Shown: in pieces, positions 61,336 through 64,000 of the stretch
Layout of the letters: each line of letters begins with the position of its first letter
How positions within the stretch are numbered: the stretch's first letter is position 1
Origin: Chiloscyllium plagiosum
Lineage: Eukaryota
DNA length: 64,000 nucleotides
Direction: 5' to 3'
NCBI RefSeq assembly: GCF_004010195.1
Contig: NC_057718.1
Coordinates: forward strand, 50,787,018 to 50,851,017
The notes under the pieces: generated by a model
Seen by the model: only the letters and a program-made list of their open reading frames with translations
What the model was told of the DNA's origin: nothing
The model's database searches: none
Translations under genes and position numbers: made by a program

Positions 61336-64000
61336 ATGTAATTACAAGTTACCAATTTTGGCATTGAAAGGGACTTTTCACTATAACGTGCCCAAATGTC
61401 ACAGCCAGGCTATCTATCTCATGAAACAAAACACTAATATTTATAGCCAACTTTACTAATACTATGTTAGTGTAACTTTTGAAAACCAAAAAGATCTTAG
61501 TGTTTTTTGGAATATATTGTTACATTAAAGAAGTGTTATAAATGCCACTTAGTTCAGAGAGATAGCTTGAATAAATATTTATTTTCTGAATTCATACTTT
61601 CTGCTGTAGGTCACAATGGGAACTACACAATATATCTTTTACATAAGGTACGCTTTAAAAAAACACTCCAGGATTGAGAATCAGTGAAATATTTTGACAG
61701 GTTTGGTTATAAATATTAATATTATGCATTGTCAGAAAAAATAATCTGATAATGGCATTTGGTCACAACTATGATGAAATTCAATGATCTATTTGAGTTC
61801 TCTAAGGTTTAAGCTATTCTGTTTTTTAACAGAAAATCAAGGTTATTTCAGTTAATATGGATGTTCACATCACACCATTATAACCATCTCACAAAGCTTC
61901 ACATAATGAATTTAATTAATTTCAGAGAAAAAAATCCTGATAATTTAAACAGAGCTGCAAAATTCGTCCATCATTTTTATTTAAAAAGCTTAAAACTAAC
62001 AAGATGCTGTTAAGAAATGATAGCCAATCAATTATTAAAAGAATGGTATCCTTGTGTTGACTCCAACAGGACAAATTTAATGCATTAAAATTAATCAAAA
62101 CTCTGCAACCTTCTTTTGTAAATCCCGTCCTCTAAACGACTTCAAAATTGTTCATTCTGCACACTGAGTATTTGGAACAATTCTGTAGACGTGCCCTTAC
62201 ATTTCTGGCCTTGGGATCCATCGGGTTTTGGCAGGTTTTGTAGGGTTATTTCACAAGTGGCGTGCGAAGTCAAACTACAAAATATTTGTTACACTTTGAC
62301 CTCACAATGTGGGAGTCAGGAGCGGCTGCCTTACACTAAAATGCTTTCATCAGGACATTTCCATTTGAGATGTAGCTGCAGGGGTTTATGGTCAGGAAAA
62401 ATAGCACAGGTTTATTTAGGAACAAAGGTGGGGGTTGGCCCAAGGACTATGTTGTTTATTCTCTCTTTCAGTGTATCTTTGTTATTGTGAGCTTGCATTA
62501 TCATTAAAGAGGACTAAATCCAAGTACCTTAAGAAAATTTGATAAATGAAGAAATAGAAGAAGCTGAAACAAAAGAGATGAAAAAAAATCATGAAGACTT
62601 AAGTTAAAGAGAATGCAGACTGACAAAGAGAATGATATAGATCCAAGGAAGTACATATTGCTGAGGGAATGTAATGAAGGTTTAAGAGATGAGGGGATTT
62701 AGTCTGAGGGATGACTGAGTAGAGAAGGTTTATCTTCACCAGCATTTAGAATAATAACAGTAATGAGATCAATGCTATTTGATCTCATTAAAGCATGTAA
62801 AATTCTCCAGAAGCTCAGCAGGGTCAATGGTAAAGGCTGTTTTTTCTCACTAGGCAGCCTGCAACTAAGTATCACAGTCTAAGTGCCATGAGTTAGCCAC
62901 TTAGGGTTCAAATGCGATTTTTTTTTCATTTATTTTCTATTCTCTATTCCCCGAGAACTAAGGATACTCATTTACTGACTGTAGTCAAGACAGAGATTGA
63001 TAGGATTTTTGTCCACTGAAATGATAATTGATAAAGTGAGTAGTATGAGGAGGTGGAAGTGAGATACAAGATCAGCAATGATCTTTTTGGTGATGAAACC
63101 TACTGTTGTTCTGACTATAATGTTTTTTAATATCAGTTCTGATAAAGGATATTTGCATTGATTGTTATAGAATTTTAATAATACTTCATTACCTTATTTT
63201 ACAATGACAAACAAAATTAAACTCAGTTTAAGAAATAAGGAAGGATTGTGTCTGGGTGAAGAGAAAATAATTAGGGGAAAATATTATTAGATCTAGAGAG
63301 CAGGATTGTTCCCAGGCCTGGCTACAGTGTATTTTCAGCAAGTGTAAATCAGATACGTTTATTCTTACTTTCAATATAGGTGACAATGTATGTTAAGCAA
63401 AATTCTGTTTATGTTGCAAACAATTGGACTGAAGTGAAATGTTTATTGGTGTCACTGATAGAACATTTATGAGCTTAAGCACAGATAGTATGACTATGTA
63501 TATAGATACACACATATACATAATATACAATCATACATTTCATTTCTATAAAAAGTTATTTCAACAAAGAATTCCCAATAAACTCTGTGCGAGCAAGGAG
63601 GTTTCCATTCTATTTTCCTTTGTTTCCAGTAAGGTTCATGAGATTGCAATGAGCTTACTTTCTAATAATTTTAACTCAGCATTTAATTATTTTCTCATTT
63701 ATCATCAAATACATGACAGAATATAAACTGCACTGAAGTACAATATTGCACTATTTACATGTGATGGAATTGAAAATGACATTTTTAAAAAAACATTCCT
63801 TTTCTAAACAAGAATAAGGCTCGTTAAACAGGATGACACAGTATACAAGGTGACCAAGGTGATCAAAATGCAGTCTAGGGTGTAGTAATGTCCTATCTCT
63901 TTGCTAGAAGGCCAGAGTTCAAGTCCCACTTATTTCAGAGATGTGTCAGAACAGGTTGATTAAAAATATCTGTATGGTGACCAAATTTTCTTGACCATAA

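Noticed and set aside
47880..64000. Upstream nrxn1 exons (LNS6/O-glycosylated stalk, gamma first exon)
   Set aside because: No matching peptide seen by eye; probably outside the window, though a very short exon could be missed.

Overview
Eukaryotic genomic DNA from a cartilaginous fish, probably a shark (inferred from HER1/CR1 LINEs, HE1-type V-SINEs, Deu-type SINEs and Penelope-like elements). The only host gene is the 3' end of a neurexin on the minus strand, best matching neurexin-1. It has the penultimate Cys-loop exon (47790-47877), a ~26.2 kb last intron, the terminal TM/PDZ-tail exon (21289-21593, ending KDKEYYV) and a probable ~3 kb 3'UTR. Most of the rest is nested, decayed retroelements. 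Highlights: (1) a 628-nt frameshifted fossil of the long splice-site-5 (SS5) extension of NRXN2/NRXN3 lies directly upstream of the terminal exon; its acceptor looks intact and would give a TM-less, possibly secreted isoform. (2) Many Penelope-derived elements carry minimal hammerhead-ribozyme motifs showing covariation (ACGU vs AGCU palindromic stem III; a compensatory U3-A8 core), and several are fold-back palindromes hinged at the ribozyme. (3) A 107-codon open frame continues in-frame after the neurexin stop codon. All homology calls come from recalled family sequences, not from database searches; repeat boundaries are approximate.
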